The notes beneath the pieces are model-generated. The model was not told where the DNA came from and searched no databases. It worked only from the letters and a program-made list of their open reading frames with translations. This document shows, piece after piece, positions 55,737 to 64,000 of a stretch of DNA of 64,000 nucleotides. A program made the position numbers and the translations under genes. Origin of the DNA: Verrucomicrobia subdivision 3 bacterium UBA693 (GTDB lineage Bacteria; Verrucomicrobiota; Verrucomicrobiia; Limisphaerales; UBA8199); NCBI GenBank assembly GCA_002298785.1, contig DBMR01000011.1, positions 84,979-148,978 on the forward strand, written 5' to 3'. Each line of letters starts with the position of its first letter. The first letter of the stretch is position 1.

Positions 55737-56285
55737 GTGAATGGTTCTGAAAAATCTCGCTTTTGCCTGCTGCGTTTTTGGGGGATGCTAACCCCGAGTA
55801 TGGGACGTAGCACAAGCCGCGCGACATGCAGGCTGGCGGCGGTTTTGCTGGCCGGGTGCTGGCTTTTCATAGCGGGCTGTACCACCAGCAGAATTCCGCG
55901 CTTAACCGTCGGCGGTCCCGAGTGGAGCATTCGCGAGGGCCAGGCAACCTGGAGATTCTCGCGCGACCGACCCGAATTGGGCGGTGAGCTAATCTTCGCC
56001 AGCAAAGGCCCGGAGACCTGGACCATCAATTTCTCCAAAACTCCATTGCCGCTAATCAATGCCCAGCGCACCGCCACCAATTGGCTGGTCGAATTTCCCG
56101 CTCGAAAAATGAGCTTCGGCGGCAGCGGAACCCCACCCACGCGTTTCGGATGGCTGTATCTACCGGAGGCCCTCTCCGGCAAATCTGTTCCCGAACCGTT
56201 TCATTTTGAACAAGCTCCCGACGGCAACTGGCGATTTGAAAACCGGCGTTCGGGTGAGATCATTACCGGCTATCTCTCACCGTGA
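55737..56285 (+). CDS. Hypothetical lipoprotein, first gene of the lipid-export cluster
   Basis: 182 aa with lipobox LFIAGC. The start is uncertain (ATG at 55737, 55785 or 55800). Its stop overlaps the next gene start as GTGA. Its position and size resemble the small lipoprotein that precedes MMPL exporters in aryl-polyene-type clusters. Confidence 0.55.
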   Translation: MNGSEKSRFCLLRFWGMLTPSMGRSTSRATCRLAAVLLAGCWLFIAGCTTSRIPRLTVGGPEWSIREGQATWRFSRDRPELGGELIFASKGPETWTINFSKTPLPLINAQRTATNWLVEFPARKMSFGGSGTPPTRFGWLYLPEALSGKSVPEPFHFEQAPDGNWRFENRRSGEIITGYLSP

Positions 56286-59200
56286 AAGGGCTTGCGCAAA
56301 AAGGGTGGTGGGTGGTGCTGACGCTCGTCGTGGTGTTCGGCCTAAGCCGATTGCGCATCGACGTCGATGTGCTGAACTTGCTGCCCCCGAACCAACCGGG
56401 GGTTGAAGGTCTAAAGCTGCACCAGGAGCATTTCTCGAACGCGCGGGAACTCATTATCACCCTGCGCGGATCCGATGCCGGGCAGGTCGAAACCGTGGCA
56501 GCCGAGGTCGGCAGGCGTTTGGGCGAGCAGACCAACCTGGTCGCCGAGGCCAACTGGCAACCACCCTGGATGGAGCAACCCGCGCTGGCTGCCGAAATCG
56601 CCGCCTACTTGTGGTTCAATTCGGCGCCGGGGGTGTTCGGGTCATTGACCAACCGGCTCTCGGCCTCCGCCCTGCAGGGAATTCTGACCGAAGCGCGTGA
56701 ATCCCTGGCGACCTCGCTGTCGCCCCTCGAGATAGCCCGCCGGGCGGTTGATCCCTATGACTTGCTCAACGTGCCTGCGATCACGAATCTCAGCGGCTTC
56801 AGCCTCGAGCAAGGCCAGGGCATGTTCGCCTCGGCGGATGGTGGGTTCCGGCTGATTTTCGTGCGGGCCCGTGGCGAGCTCAACGGCTACCAGGCTTGCG
56901 CCTCCTGGCTCAAGTCGGTCCAGGACCTGGTCACGCAGGTGCAAGCGCAGCTCCCGGGTGGCACGGGCATCAAAGCCCGTTATACCGGCCGCCCCGCCTT
57001 TGTCGCCGAGATCGCTGGCAGCATGCAGAAAGACCTCAGCGCCTCGGTCCTGGGCACAGCCGTCATCATCGCACTGCTGTTCTGGCTGACGCACCGGCGC
57101 TGGCGCCCGATGCTGTGGCTGCTGGCGTTGCTGATGCTAATCCTGGTGGCCACCATCGGGCTCGGCAGCCTGCTGCTGGGGCCAATCCACGTGATCAGCC
57201 TGGGCTTTGCGGCCGTGCTGCTGGGGCTCGCGGTCGATTACGCGGTTGTGCATTACCAGGAAGCGTTGTCGCATCCCGGTCTGAGCGTTCCGGAAATCCG
57301 CCGGGCCATCGCGCCGAGCATTCTCTGGGCGGCCCTCACCACGATTGCCGCGTTCCTGGTGCTGAATTTCAGCGGTCTGCCTGGCTTGGCGCAACTCGGC
57401 TCGCTAGTTGGCATCGGTGTAGCCCTGGCCGCAGTCGTTATGGTGGCTGCTTTTCTGCCTCCTCTATTTCCGGAGCGGCGCCAGGCCCCCGCGCACGCAT
57501 CGCGTCCGGCCTGGTGGCAGTATTTTCTGCCACCGGCGCCACTCGATTCGCAGGTCATAACCGAAATGCCGGTGCTCCCGCGCACCACCACAGCCGTGAC
57601 CGTGTTGGTGCTGGCAGCCATCGCTGTCGCACTGCTCTGGCGCTTTCCCGGTCTGGACCGCAGCGGAGCGGCGTTAAAATTTCAGCAAACTGACGCCGAA
57701 ACCGCTCTCGAAGAAATCACGACCTCGGTCGGAATTCCGCGTGATCCTTTGTGGGTGGTGACTTCCGGGCCCACCGCAACCGCAGTGCGAGCCCGACTCG
57801 ACCGGGCCGAAACCCTCCTGCGCGAGGCAGCGCAGCAACAGCAAATCGATGGCTACCTGTTGCCGGGCATGCTGTGGCCGCAGGTCGAATGGCAGCAGCA
57901 AAACCAAGCCACTGCCCGGCAGATCGCCGCGCGCGCGCCGGATTTGCGCGCCGCAGCGTTGGCGGCGGGATTTACGACCAATGCCCTTTTCCTTACCGAG
58001 GAATTGATGGCGACCTGGAAATGGCTAGGCGAGTCGACCGCCCCTTGCTGGCCGACCAATCGCATGAGTCAGTGGTTGCTCGACCGGTTCGTGGCCAAAG
58101 GCACCAACCAGTGGTACGCGCTCGGCCTGGTTTATCCGCGCACGAACGCCCCGGTAACGCCGGCCCTCCTGGCGCTGTCCGGGAAATTCCAGCGCGAGGG
58201 CGTCTCGCTTTCCGGTTGGCCGCTGCTGGGCGCAGCGACGCTCGAAAGCGCCAAACATCGATGGGCGCTGGTGCTGCTGCCGATGGTCCTGCTGGTGCTG
58301 CTTTCGCTGACGCTGGCCTTTCGTCGGCCCGTGGAAGTGCTGCTCAGCCTGGCGACACTCCTGTTGAGCGGTCTCTGTCTGTTGGCGGTGATGGGTCTCG
58401 CGGGTTGGACTTGGAATTTGCTGAACCTGATGGCGGTGCCCCTGATTCTGGGAACCGGGGTTGATTATGGAATTTTCATCCAACTGGGCCTGCGACGGCA
58501 AGGCGGAGATGTGGCCCTGGTGCGCCGTTCGATTGGCAGGGCGCTCTTGCTCTGTGGCGGCACGGCCATCACCGGGTTTGGCGCGCTCGCCTGGTCGGGC
58601 AACGTCGGCATGGCCAGCCTCGGCCGGGTCTGTGCGGTCGGTATCGCCCTCAACATGCTCATCGCCATTTTTCTGCTGCCCCATTGGTGGAACTGGGCCA
58701 CAAGCAACCCCAGGAAAAACCGGAGCGGCGACGTCATTGCCTCCGGGGACCACGGGCAGCTTCCCGCACCGCAGGGTCGGGCCTCGGCCTTGTATGGCGC
58801 GCGGTTATGGCGCCTGGGGATACTGTTAACGCGGGCGTGTCCCGAGCGCTGGCTAAAGGCGGCGGCCTCATTCCTGGTCTCGCTTTATGGGCGCGTCAAC
58901 CGGGCCCGTCGAGAGGTGGTGGTGAACAATTTGCTGCCCGCAGTGGGCGGCAATCGCGCCGAGGCGGAAGTCCTGACCCGCCGACTCTTCGCCCAATTTG
59001 GCATCAAGCTGGTCGAGTTGTGGAAATTTGAAAACGGCATCAGACCAACCACACACCTGGAACGCGAAGAAATTTCGACTGAAATCCTCGCCGCACGAGA
59101 TCGGGGCCAGGGCATCCTGCTCGTGACGCCACACTTGGGAAACTGGGAAGTGGGCGCGGCCATCCTGCGCGAACACGGCATGCGCCTCCTGGTTGTTACC

Positions 59201-59686
59201 CAGGAGGAACCCGGAGCGGGATTTACCAAAATGCGGAGCGACTCGCGGTCCCAGTGGGATATCGAAACCCTGGTGGTCGGCAGCGATGCGTTCGCGTTTG
59301 TCGAGTTGATCCGCCGACTGCAGGAAGGGGCGGTCGCAGCTCTGCTCATCGATCGCCCCCATGCCGCCAGCGCCGTGAATGTCGAGTTGTTCGGACGTCC
59401 GTTCGAGGCCTCGATTGCTCCGGCCGAATTGGCGCGCGCCTCCGGCTGTGCTGTCTTCGGGGTAGTCGTGGCGCAAACCCCGAATGGCCACGCGGTAACG
59501 ACCCTGCCGGAGTTCACTTACGACCGCCGCGCGCTCGGCATTCGTGAAGAACGGCGAGCGTTCACCCAAAGAATCATTCGTGCCTTTGAGCCCAAAATCC
59601 GCGATCATCTCGATCAATGGTATAATTTCGTGCCGGTCTGGCCGCGGGCCAATACCGCGGAAACACGACGGGAATTCAAAAAGTAA
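56282..59686 (+). CDS. Fusion protein: MMPL/RND-like exporter (about 800 aa) + LpxL/HtrB-like lysophospholipid/lipid A acyltransferase domain
   Basis: 1134 aa. It has two 6-TM bundles, each with the RND/MMPL signature G..VDY (LGLAVDYAVVHY and LGTGVDYGIFI), separated by large soluble loops. The C-terminal ~300 aa carry LLVTPHLGNWEVGA, the H-x-G-N-W-E box of the LpxL family. Confidence 0.85.
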   Translation: MKGLAQKGWWVVLTLVVVFGLSRLRIDVDVLNLLPPNQPGVEGLKLHQEHFSNARELIITLRGSDAGQVETVAAEVGRRLGEQTNLVAEANWQPPWMEQPALAAEIAAYLWFNSAPGVFGSLTNRLSASALQGILTEARESLATSLSPLEIARRAVDPYDLLNVPAITNLSGFSLEQGQGMFASADGGFRLIFVRARGELNGYQACASWLKSVQDLVTQVQAQLPGGTGIKARYTGRPAFVAEIAGSMQKDLSASVLGTAVIIALLFWLTHRRWRPMLWLLALLMLILVATIGLGSLLLGPIHVISLGFAAVLLGLAVDYAVVHYQEALSHPGLSVPEIRRAIAPSILWAALTTIAAFLVLNFSGLPGLAQLGSLVGIGVALAAVVMVAAFLPPLFPERRQAPAHASRPAWWQYFLPPAPLDSQVITEMPVLPRTTTAVTVLVLAAIAVALLWRFPGLDRSGAALKFQQTDAETALEEITTSVGIPRDPLWVVTSGPTATAVRARLDRAETLLREAAQQQQIDGYLLPGMLWPQVEWQQQNQATARQIAARAPDLRAAALAAGFTTNALFLTEELMATWKWLGESTAPCWPTNRMSQWLLDRFVAKGTNQWYALGLVYPRTNAPVTPALLALSGKFQREGVSLSGWPLLGAATLESAKHRWALVLLPMVLLVLLSLTLAFRRPVEVLLSLATLLLSGLCLLAVMGLAGWTWNLLNLMAVPLILGTGVDYGIFIQLGLRRQGGDVALVRRSIGRALLLCGGTAITGFGALAWSGNVGMASLGRVCAVGIALNMLIAIFLLPHWWNWATSNPRKNRSGDVIASGDHGQLPAPQGRASALYGARLWRLGILLTRACPERWLKAAASFLVSLYGRVNRARREVVVNNLLPAVGGNRAEAEVLTRRLFAQFGIKLVELWKFENGIRPTTHLEREEISTEILAARDRGQGILLVTPHLGNWEVGAAILREHGMRLLVVTQEEPGAGFTKMRSDSRSQWDIETLVVGSDAFAFVELIRRLQEGAVAALLIDRPHAASAVNVELFGRPFEASIAPAELARASGCAVFGVVVAQTPNGHAVTTLPEFTYDRRALGIREERRAFTQRIIRAFEPKIRDHLDQWYNFVPVWPRANTAETRREFKK

Positions 59687-59691
59687 AGACC

Positions 59692-60375
59692 ATGACGCAC
59701 CGCAAGCTCACAAGCTGCTGCCTGGGATTGAGTTTACTGGCCGTGACCGCCGCTCCGACTCGGGCCGCGGGCGATGCCGACCTGCTCGAGCGCTGGTTCG
59801 CCGCGCAAACCAACCTTCACACCTGGACGGCGGACGCAGTACAGACCAGGACGATTCGTACTTTTAACCAGCCCCTGGTATCCACCGGAAAGGTTTTTGT
59901 GGCCGCGCCAGACCGGTTCCGGTGGGAGCTCGGTCAACCCCCACAAACCATCGCGATCCGACAACCCACTGAGCTATACCTGCTTTATCCGCGCCTCAAG
60001 CGCGCCGAAAAATACGCATTAGCTCCCGATAAGGCTGGCCCCTGGCGCGAAGCACTGGCCTTGCTGGAAGCCAGTTTCCCTTCGAGCCGCGCCCAACTCG
60101 AGTCGCGCTTCACCGTTCTCTCGGTCTCACATTCCAACCAGGTCGCCCAGGTGGTGCTGCAGCCAAAAAGCTCCTTTGCCCGAAAATTCATGGCGGAAAT
60201 CCGGGTCGGGTTCAGTCTCGATGATTTTTCACCCACGTGCACCGAGCTGAAATTCAGCGACGGTTCCACAATGCGGAACGACTTTTCCAGTTCCCGCATC
60301 AACATGACACTGGCGCCCGGGCTTTTCGAACCTGAGCTACCGCCCGGCACCAGCGTCGTTGAGCCGGGCAAATGA
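59692..60375 (+). CDS. LolA-like outer-membrane lipoprotein-carrier-fold protein
   Basis: 227 aa with signal MTHRKLTSCCLGLSLLAVTAAPTRA. It has the LolA-type pattern FAAQTNLHTWTADAVQTRT...STGKVFVAAPDRFRWEL...LYLLYPRLKRAEKY. Confidence 0.75.
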   Translation: MTHRKLTSCCLGLSLLAVTAAPTRAAGDADLLERWFAAQTNLHTWTADAVQTRTIRTFNQPLVSTGKVFVAAPDRFRWELGQPPQTIAIRQPTELYLLYPRLKRAEKYALAPDKAGPWREALALLEASFPSSRAQLESRFTVLSVSHSNQVAQVVLQPKSSFARKFMAEIRVGFSLDDFSPTCTELKFSDGSTMRNDFSSSRINMTLAPGLFEPELPPGTSVVEPGK

Positions 60376-60381
60376 GGTGCC

Positions 60382-60843
60382 ATGAAACCGAACCTCGAGG
60401 AAGCGCTGAACCACCTGCCCCACGGACCGGAATTCCGGTTCCTGGACCGCTTGATTGAGTTGAGCCCCGGCGTGGAAGGCTCCGCGGAATTCACAGTGCG
60501 CAGCGGCGAATATTTCTTGCGCGGCCACTTTCCCGGCGAACCCATTCTCCCCGGAGTGCTGTTGATTGAAGCCGCCGCGCAATTGGCAGGAGTGGTGGCG
60601 CAGAGCGCACCGGACCAGTTTCCCTTGCGCTCGCTCCGGCTCACGGCGCTGCGCCAGGTCAAAATCCTGGGCGCGGTCGTGCCCGGCCAGACGGTTTTGC
60701 TGCATGCCCGCATCGTTGGCCGCCTGGGCGAACTCATTTCCGCGGATGCTCAAGCGTTCGTGGAGGACAAGCTCGTGCTTTCCGCCAACCTCAGTTTGAG
60801 CGGCACGGCAGCCGAGTCGGCTGGAAAATCGACGGGCACGTAG
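60382..60843 (+). CDS. FabZ/FabA-like 3-hydroxyacyl-ACP dehydratase (hot-dog fold)
   Basis: 153 aa. LPHGPEFRFLDRL...GHFPGEPILPGVLLIEAAAQLAG matches the FabZ active-site region HFP..P..PGVL.IEA.AQ. Confidence 0.85.
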   Translation: MKPNLEEALNHLPHGPEFRFLDRLIELSPGVEGSAEFTVRSGEYFLRGHFPGEPILPGVLLIEAAAQLAGVVAQSAPDQFPLRSLRLTALRQVKILGAVVPGQTVLLHARIVGRLGELISADAQAFVEDKLVLSANLSLSGTAAESAGKSTGT

Positions 60844-60867
60844 TCGCCCCCGGCACCGCAACAACTC

Positions 60868-62145
60868 TCACGCTTCCGGGACTTTCATAGCACGAACCTC
60901 CAGGTATTTCCGCGCCCATTGCGCGCGGGAGACTTTGCCGCGCACACCGATCTCCAGGCGATCGACAAACCACCATTCCCTGGGCACCTGCCAGCCCGGA
61001 AGTCGGGCCACAAGGAACCGGCGTAAATCCCGCTCCCGGGTCCCACCTCGAGCCACGACACACGCCACGATCGCTTCCGTGCGCTCGTTCCGCGCCGCGT
61101 CCACACCAAACACCAGGCAATCCTCAACCCCCGGGTGACCGCGCAGGACAGCCTCGATCGCCGCGGGAGCAACTTTTCTTCCGGCCACGTTTATCTGATC
61201 ACCGGTTCGACCCCGCAGATAAATACGCCCGGCGCGAATTTCCGCCAAGTCGCTCGTCTGGAACCGTCCGGCACTCAAGTTATCCTGGGGATCCGGCCAA
61301 TACCCCAAACCAACAGCGTCCCCCCTCACCACGAGACATCCCGTCGCGTCGAGGTCCACACGCACATTCTGCATCGCGGTCCCCACGTCGTCATCCTCGG
61401 ACCGCGGTCGGTCGGTGGCGTCAAAGGCGATGCCGCCGCACTCGGATGATCCGTAAAAATTATGCACCTTGAGCCCGCAGGCCGCGAAGATTGCGCGCTC
61501 TAATTCAGCGCTCAACGGCGCCCCGGCGGAAATGCCCAACTGGATCGATGGCTGGATCACGCCTGCCTCCAGCCACGCCTTCCACAACGCGGGCACGCCG
61601 GGTAAAACCAACCGGGCGTGAGGAGCGGCCGCCAACCGCAACATCTCCGGCAGTGGTGACTGGGCCAACACCAGCGGGATCCCATGCAACAACAGAGGCA
61701 GCACCAGGTTAGAAAAGCCGTATGAATGCGCCAGGGAGATCGCCGCCAGGTTGGGCCACTCAGCGCGCAGCCCCATCGTCGCCACGATGTTGTCAGCGTC
61801 CGCCGCCAATTGTTCCTCGGTAAACCTAACCAGCCGCGCCTGACCGGAGGTGGCGGAGGTCATCTTCAAATGCCGGCAGGGTGACGGCGGCACCGGGATA
61901 CTTGGCGGAGACTGATCGAGCTCGAGCGGACATACCACGACGCCGTCACGCCAGGCTCGTAGGATCGTGAGGATGAATTCCACCGAATTCCCACGGGGAA
62001 ACGCCATCCCGGTGACGCAGGGTTCTGAATTGGCCGCAGCTTCAGCCAGTTCTCGAAAGCGCCATTCGCGCCCCGTGCCGGCATCCCAGATCGCCGTCGC
62101 GTTCGCGTGAGTGAGCGCCACCTGACGCCAGCGGTTGTAAAGCAT
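60868..62145 (-). CDS. AMP-dependent synthetase/ligase (short adenylate-forming enzyme)
   Basis: 425 aa. The adenylation motifs are TSATSGQARLV (degenerate T-S-G-T-T-G), YGSSECGGIAF (Y-G-x-T-E) and FQTSDLA...GRTGDQINVAGRKVAPAAIEAVL. Confidence 0.85.
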   Translation of the reverse strand: MLYNRWRQVALTHANATAIWDAGTGREWRFRELAEAAANSEPCVTGMAFPRGNSVEFILTILRAWRDGVVVCPLELDQSPPSIPVPPSPCRHLKMTSATSGQARLVRFTEEQLAADADNIVATMGLRAEWPNLAAISLAHSYGFSNLVLPLLLHGIPLVLAQSPLPEMLRLAAAPHARLVLPGVPALWKAWLEAGVIQPSIQLGISAGAPLSAELERAIFAACGLKVHNFYGSSECGGIAFDATDRPRSEDDDVGTAMQNVRVDLDATGCLVVRGDAVGLGYWPDPQDNLSAGRFQTSDLAEIRAGRIYLRGRTGDQINVAGRKVAPAAIEAVLRGHPGVEDCLVFGVDAARNERTEAIVACVVARGGTRERDLRRFLVARLPGWQVPREWWFVDRLEIGVRGKVSRAQWARKYLEVRAMKVPEA

Positions 62146-62184
62146 TTACAGGTACCTAACGCATGGTTACTTTTTGAGGCAAGC

Positions 62185-62919
62185 ATGATTTTGCCTGCCG
62201 AGCGCCAGGCGCGCCCTTTTGAGTTTGAACTGGACACCTTTGCCTTCGCCAATGAGTTGGTCTGGCAATACCGCTTCGACCCTCAAACCGGTGCTATGTC
62301 TGCCTTTCGTACCACGCCACCCCCCGCCTACTCCCATCGCTGCTTCGTCCTGGTTCGGTCTGCCCGACAGTTTCTCTATCACGCCCGGTTTGCGCCGGAA
62401 CAGCCCGCCCTCGACCCCGTGGCATGTGCCCCTTTGATTCGGCAGGTGGTTTCGCGCAGCCCACGTCAACCCTCACTCCCGGATGAACGCGTCGTCATTC
62501 CGGGCTACGCCTCGCTCCGCGAGTTCAGTCAGGCCCAAACTGACCTCCTCAAGGCCCACTGCGGCGGCGCCTGGCAGTCGTATTGTCTCCGCAGCCATTG
62601 GCGCATGGTCTTCCCCATTTCACGGTCGCACCAGGCCCGGACCGCCGAGAGTTTGACGCGCGCCATCACGGCGGGCCAGGCCCCAATCGTCCACCTGGTT
62701 CGCTTCCCGCAACTTACCATCAATCACGGAATCATCCTCTTTGCAAAGCGTGACCTCACGGATGGCTGGGGATTTGCCGCCTACGATCCGAACCTGCCCG
62801 GGCGTCCAACTGAACTCAGCTACCACACCGCATCTCGAACCTTCCAGTTTCCCCGAAACCATTATTGGTTCGGAGGCCGCCTGGAAGTAATCGAAATATA
62901 CCGGAACTGGCTCTATTGA
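62185..62919 (+). CDS. Hypothetical protein, possible Cys-His-Asp (transglutaminase/papain-like) fold
   Basis: I prefer the start at MILPAERQARPF (ATG 62185), because the track start at 62107 overlaps the divergent ligase gene. The ordered candidate triad is YSHRCFVLVRSARQF (Cys), LTINHGIILF (His) and AAYDPN (Asp). No family is recognised with confidence. Confidence 0.5.
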   Translation: MILPAERQARPFEFELDTFAFANELVWQYRFDPQTGAMSAFRTTPPPAYSHRCFVLVRSARQFLYHARFAPEQPALDPVACAPLIRQVVSRSPRQPSLPDERVVIPGYASLREFSQAQTDLLKAHCGGAWQSYCLRSHWRMVFPISRSHQARTAESLTRAITAGQAPIVHLVRFPQLTINHGIILFAKRDLTDGWGFAAYDPNLPGRPTELSYHTASRTFQFPRNHYWFGGRLEVIEIYRNWLY

Positions 62920-63284
62920 GCCTTCGTCAGCGCCGACGGCGGCTCCTGACCCGTGGCTTTCGAGCCGGGCTTGCGAAATGCCAACCCAAAGAAAACGATA
63001 CCGCACAGGTTGATTCCGGCGATGTATCCGATTTTATAAATGCGCCCCGTAGTGCCAGGGGCGAAAATTGGCACGTCGTGGCCCATCAGCAGGCTGGGCA
63101 AGGCCGCTGGCATCAAAGCCCCATGCGCTGCGCCCCGCCAGAATCCAGGGGAAATATCCGCTTCATACAGACGCGTTGCCGCCCAGGTGTAGGCCCACCC
63201 CAGCAGCAAGCCTGCGACTAAAAGGGTCAGCAGCTTGCGCAAAACCACCACCGCCAGTTTACGCCAGGTGTAGCCCAGTATCAT
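62913..63284 (-). CDS. Hypothetical small membrane protein
   Basis: I prefer the start at MILGYTWRKLAVVVLRKLLTLLVAGLLLGW (ATG 63284), which overlaps the GT2 stop as ATGA. It has 3 hydrophobic segments and no recognisable family. Confidence 0.4.
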   Translation of the reverse strand: MILGYTWRKLAVVVLRKLLTLLVAGLLLGWAYTWAATRLYEADISPGFWRGAAHGALMPAALPSLLMGHDVPIFAPGTTGRIYKIGYIAGINLCGIVFFGLAFRKPGSKATGQEPPSALTKAQ

Positions 63285-64000
63285 GAGGTGACTGTCTCCG
63301 CCCATGCCTCGGTGTTGTTCGGCGATGTGATTGGGATCGTACTGCCGCGCCACCAGCGCAACCATCGCCACGCATCCACCAACGGGTGAATTTGACTGGG
63401 GCGACCAGGACTGATGGTCCGGATCGGCACGAAGCGCACTCGCAAATCACGCCTCGCGAATGCCAGGAGCATCTCGGACTCGACTTCGAAGTGGTTCGTC
63501 TCGAGGCGCAACCTCGACCACGCCGCCAAATTCACCACGCGGTATCCGCATTGGCTATCCGGAAAGACCTGCCCTGCCCGCGCGGAAATCCATCGGCTCA
63601 TCCAGCGATTGGTCTGGCGGCGCAGCCACGACATCTTTCGAGCGGAATGCATCCGGTCTCCCACCACCAGCGCCGCGCCGGAATCCTCGACTTCCTTCAA
63701 CAAAATTGGCAGATCCTGCGGATCATGCTGGCCGTCACCGTCCATCAGCACCGCCCAGGTGTAACCAGCTGCGCGGGCCTGAGAAAGTCCCGCACGCACC
63801 GCCGCGCCCTTGCCCTGATTCCGCTCGAGTGTCAGCACCCTGGCACCCGCCTCAGCGGCCTCCGCCGCCGTGGAATCGGTGGAACCATCGTTGACCACCA
63901 GCACCAGGGGTAAAAAGGTCCGGACCGATCTCACCAAGGCTTTGACCGTGCGCGCTTCATTGCGGCAAGGCATCACCACGCATACATCTCGACAGTCCAC
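63281..64000 (-). CDS. Family 2 glycosyltransferase (DPM1-like), possibly 5'-truncated by the window edge
   Basis: GT2 strings are VVMPCRNEARTV, VVNDGSTDST, NQGKGAAVRAGL and LMDGDGQHDP (DxD). The ORF runs to base 64000. Confidence 0.85.
   Translation of the reverse strand: MDCRDVCVVMPCRNEARTVKALVRSVRTFLPLVLVVNDGSTDSTAAEAAEAGARVLTLERNQGKGAAVRAGLSQARAAGYTWAVLMDGDGQHDPQDLPILLKEVEDSGAALVVGDRMHSARKMSWLRRQTNRWMSRWISARAGQVFPDSQCGYRVVNLAAWSRLRLETNHFEVESEMLLAFARRDLRVRFVPIRTISPGRPSQIHPLVDAWRWLRWWRGSTIPITSPNNTEAWAETVTS

Noticed and set aside
1-64000. The many 100-420-aa antisense or alternative-frame ORFs, for example 1066..1842 (-), 2818..3774 (-), 15977..17209 (+), 18997..20262 (+), 20281..22134 (+), 25852..27096 (+), 27136..28491 (+), 33878..35038 (-) and 38381..39592 (+).
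   Set aside because: They lie entirely within, and opposite or out of frame to, long ORFs with clear family motifs. They are Arg/Gly/Pro/Ala-rich, as expected for stop-poor frames at about 60% GC, and show no recognisable motifs.
1-64000. Search by eye for tRNA, rRNA, tmRNA, CRISPR, integrase/transposase, phage or toxin-antitoxin/defence modules that would mark the island as mobile.
   Set aside because: Nothing resembling these was found. The island borders are ordinary genes, and no direct repeats flank it. The CAZyme region looks like resident, paralog-rich chromosomal content, not a recent insertion. Small structured RNAs cannot be excluded without Infernal.

Overview
This 64-kb window has about 60% GC and no rRNA, tRNA, CRISPR array, transposase or integrase that I could recognise. 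The gene content suggests a PVC-superphylum genome, most likely Verrucomicrobiota (inference). It has a giant autotransporter-associated beta-strand (PATR) protein, a prepilin-type H-X9-DG protein, many signal-peptide glycosidases without SusC/SusD, and frequent GTG/TTG starts and ATGA overlaps.

Layout:
(1) 1-7.3 kb: a 5'-partial giant repeat protein, a secreted PAP2/vanadium-haloperoxidase-like protein, and two small membrane proteins.
(2) 7.9-50.5 kb: a PUL-like glycan-utilisation island bracketed by two NarL/LuxR-type two-component systems. It encodes 2 GH78 alpha-L-rhamnosidases, 3 GH2, 2 GH43, 1 GH127 plus 1 GH127-like enzyme, a glutaminase-family six-hairpin protein, a 1.3k-aa protein made of five copies of an unnamed ~200-aa module, a 1.5k-aa PATR protein and a pseudopilin-like protein.
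(3) 50.7-55.5 kb: a rhomboid protease, then an ATGA-coupled trio of an NPCBM plus apparently truncated GH36-like protein, a PQQ-like beta-propeller and a class-A beta-lactamase-fold lipoprotein.
(4) 55.7-64 kb: part of an aryl-polyene-type lipid synthesis/export cluster. It has a lipoprotein, an MMPL exporter fused to an LpxL-like acyltransferase, a LolA-like protein, a FabZ/FabA-like dehydratase, an AMP-ligase and a GT2.

Most notable unexplained signals:
- A 29-bp element built on TGTGGC-N8-GCCACA occurs four times, always in the same orientation, at the head of minus-strand transcription units in the island.
- A ~60-75-aa C-terminal module ending in aromatic-aromatic-basic (FYR-like) is shared by seven otherwise unrelated secreted proteins.
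- Two further unnamed modules are shared between enzymes.
- The periplasmic sensor domain of one histidine kinase resembles an insert in the neighbouring rhamnosidase.

All family assignments rest on motifs read by eye. No database search was possible.
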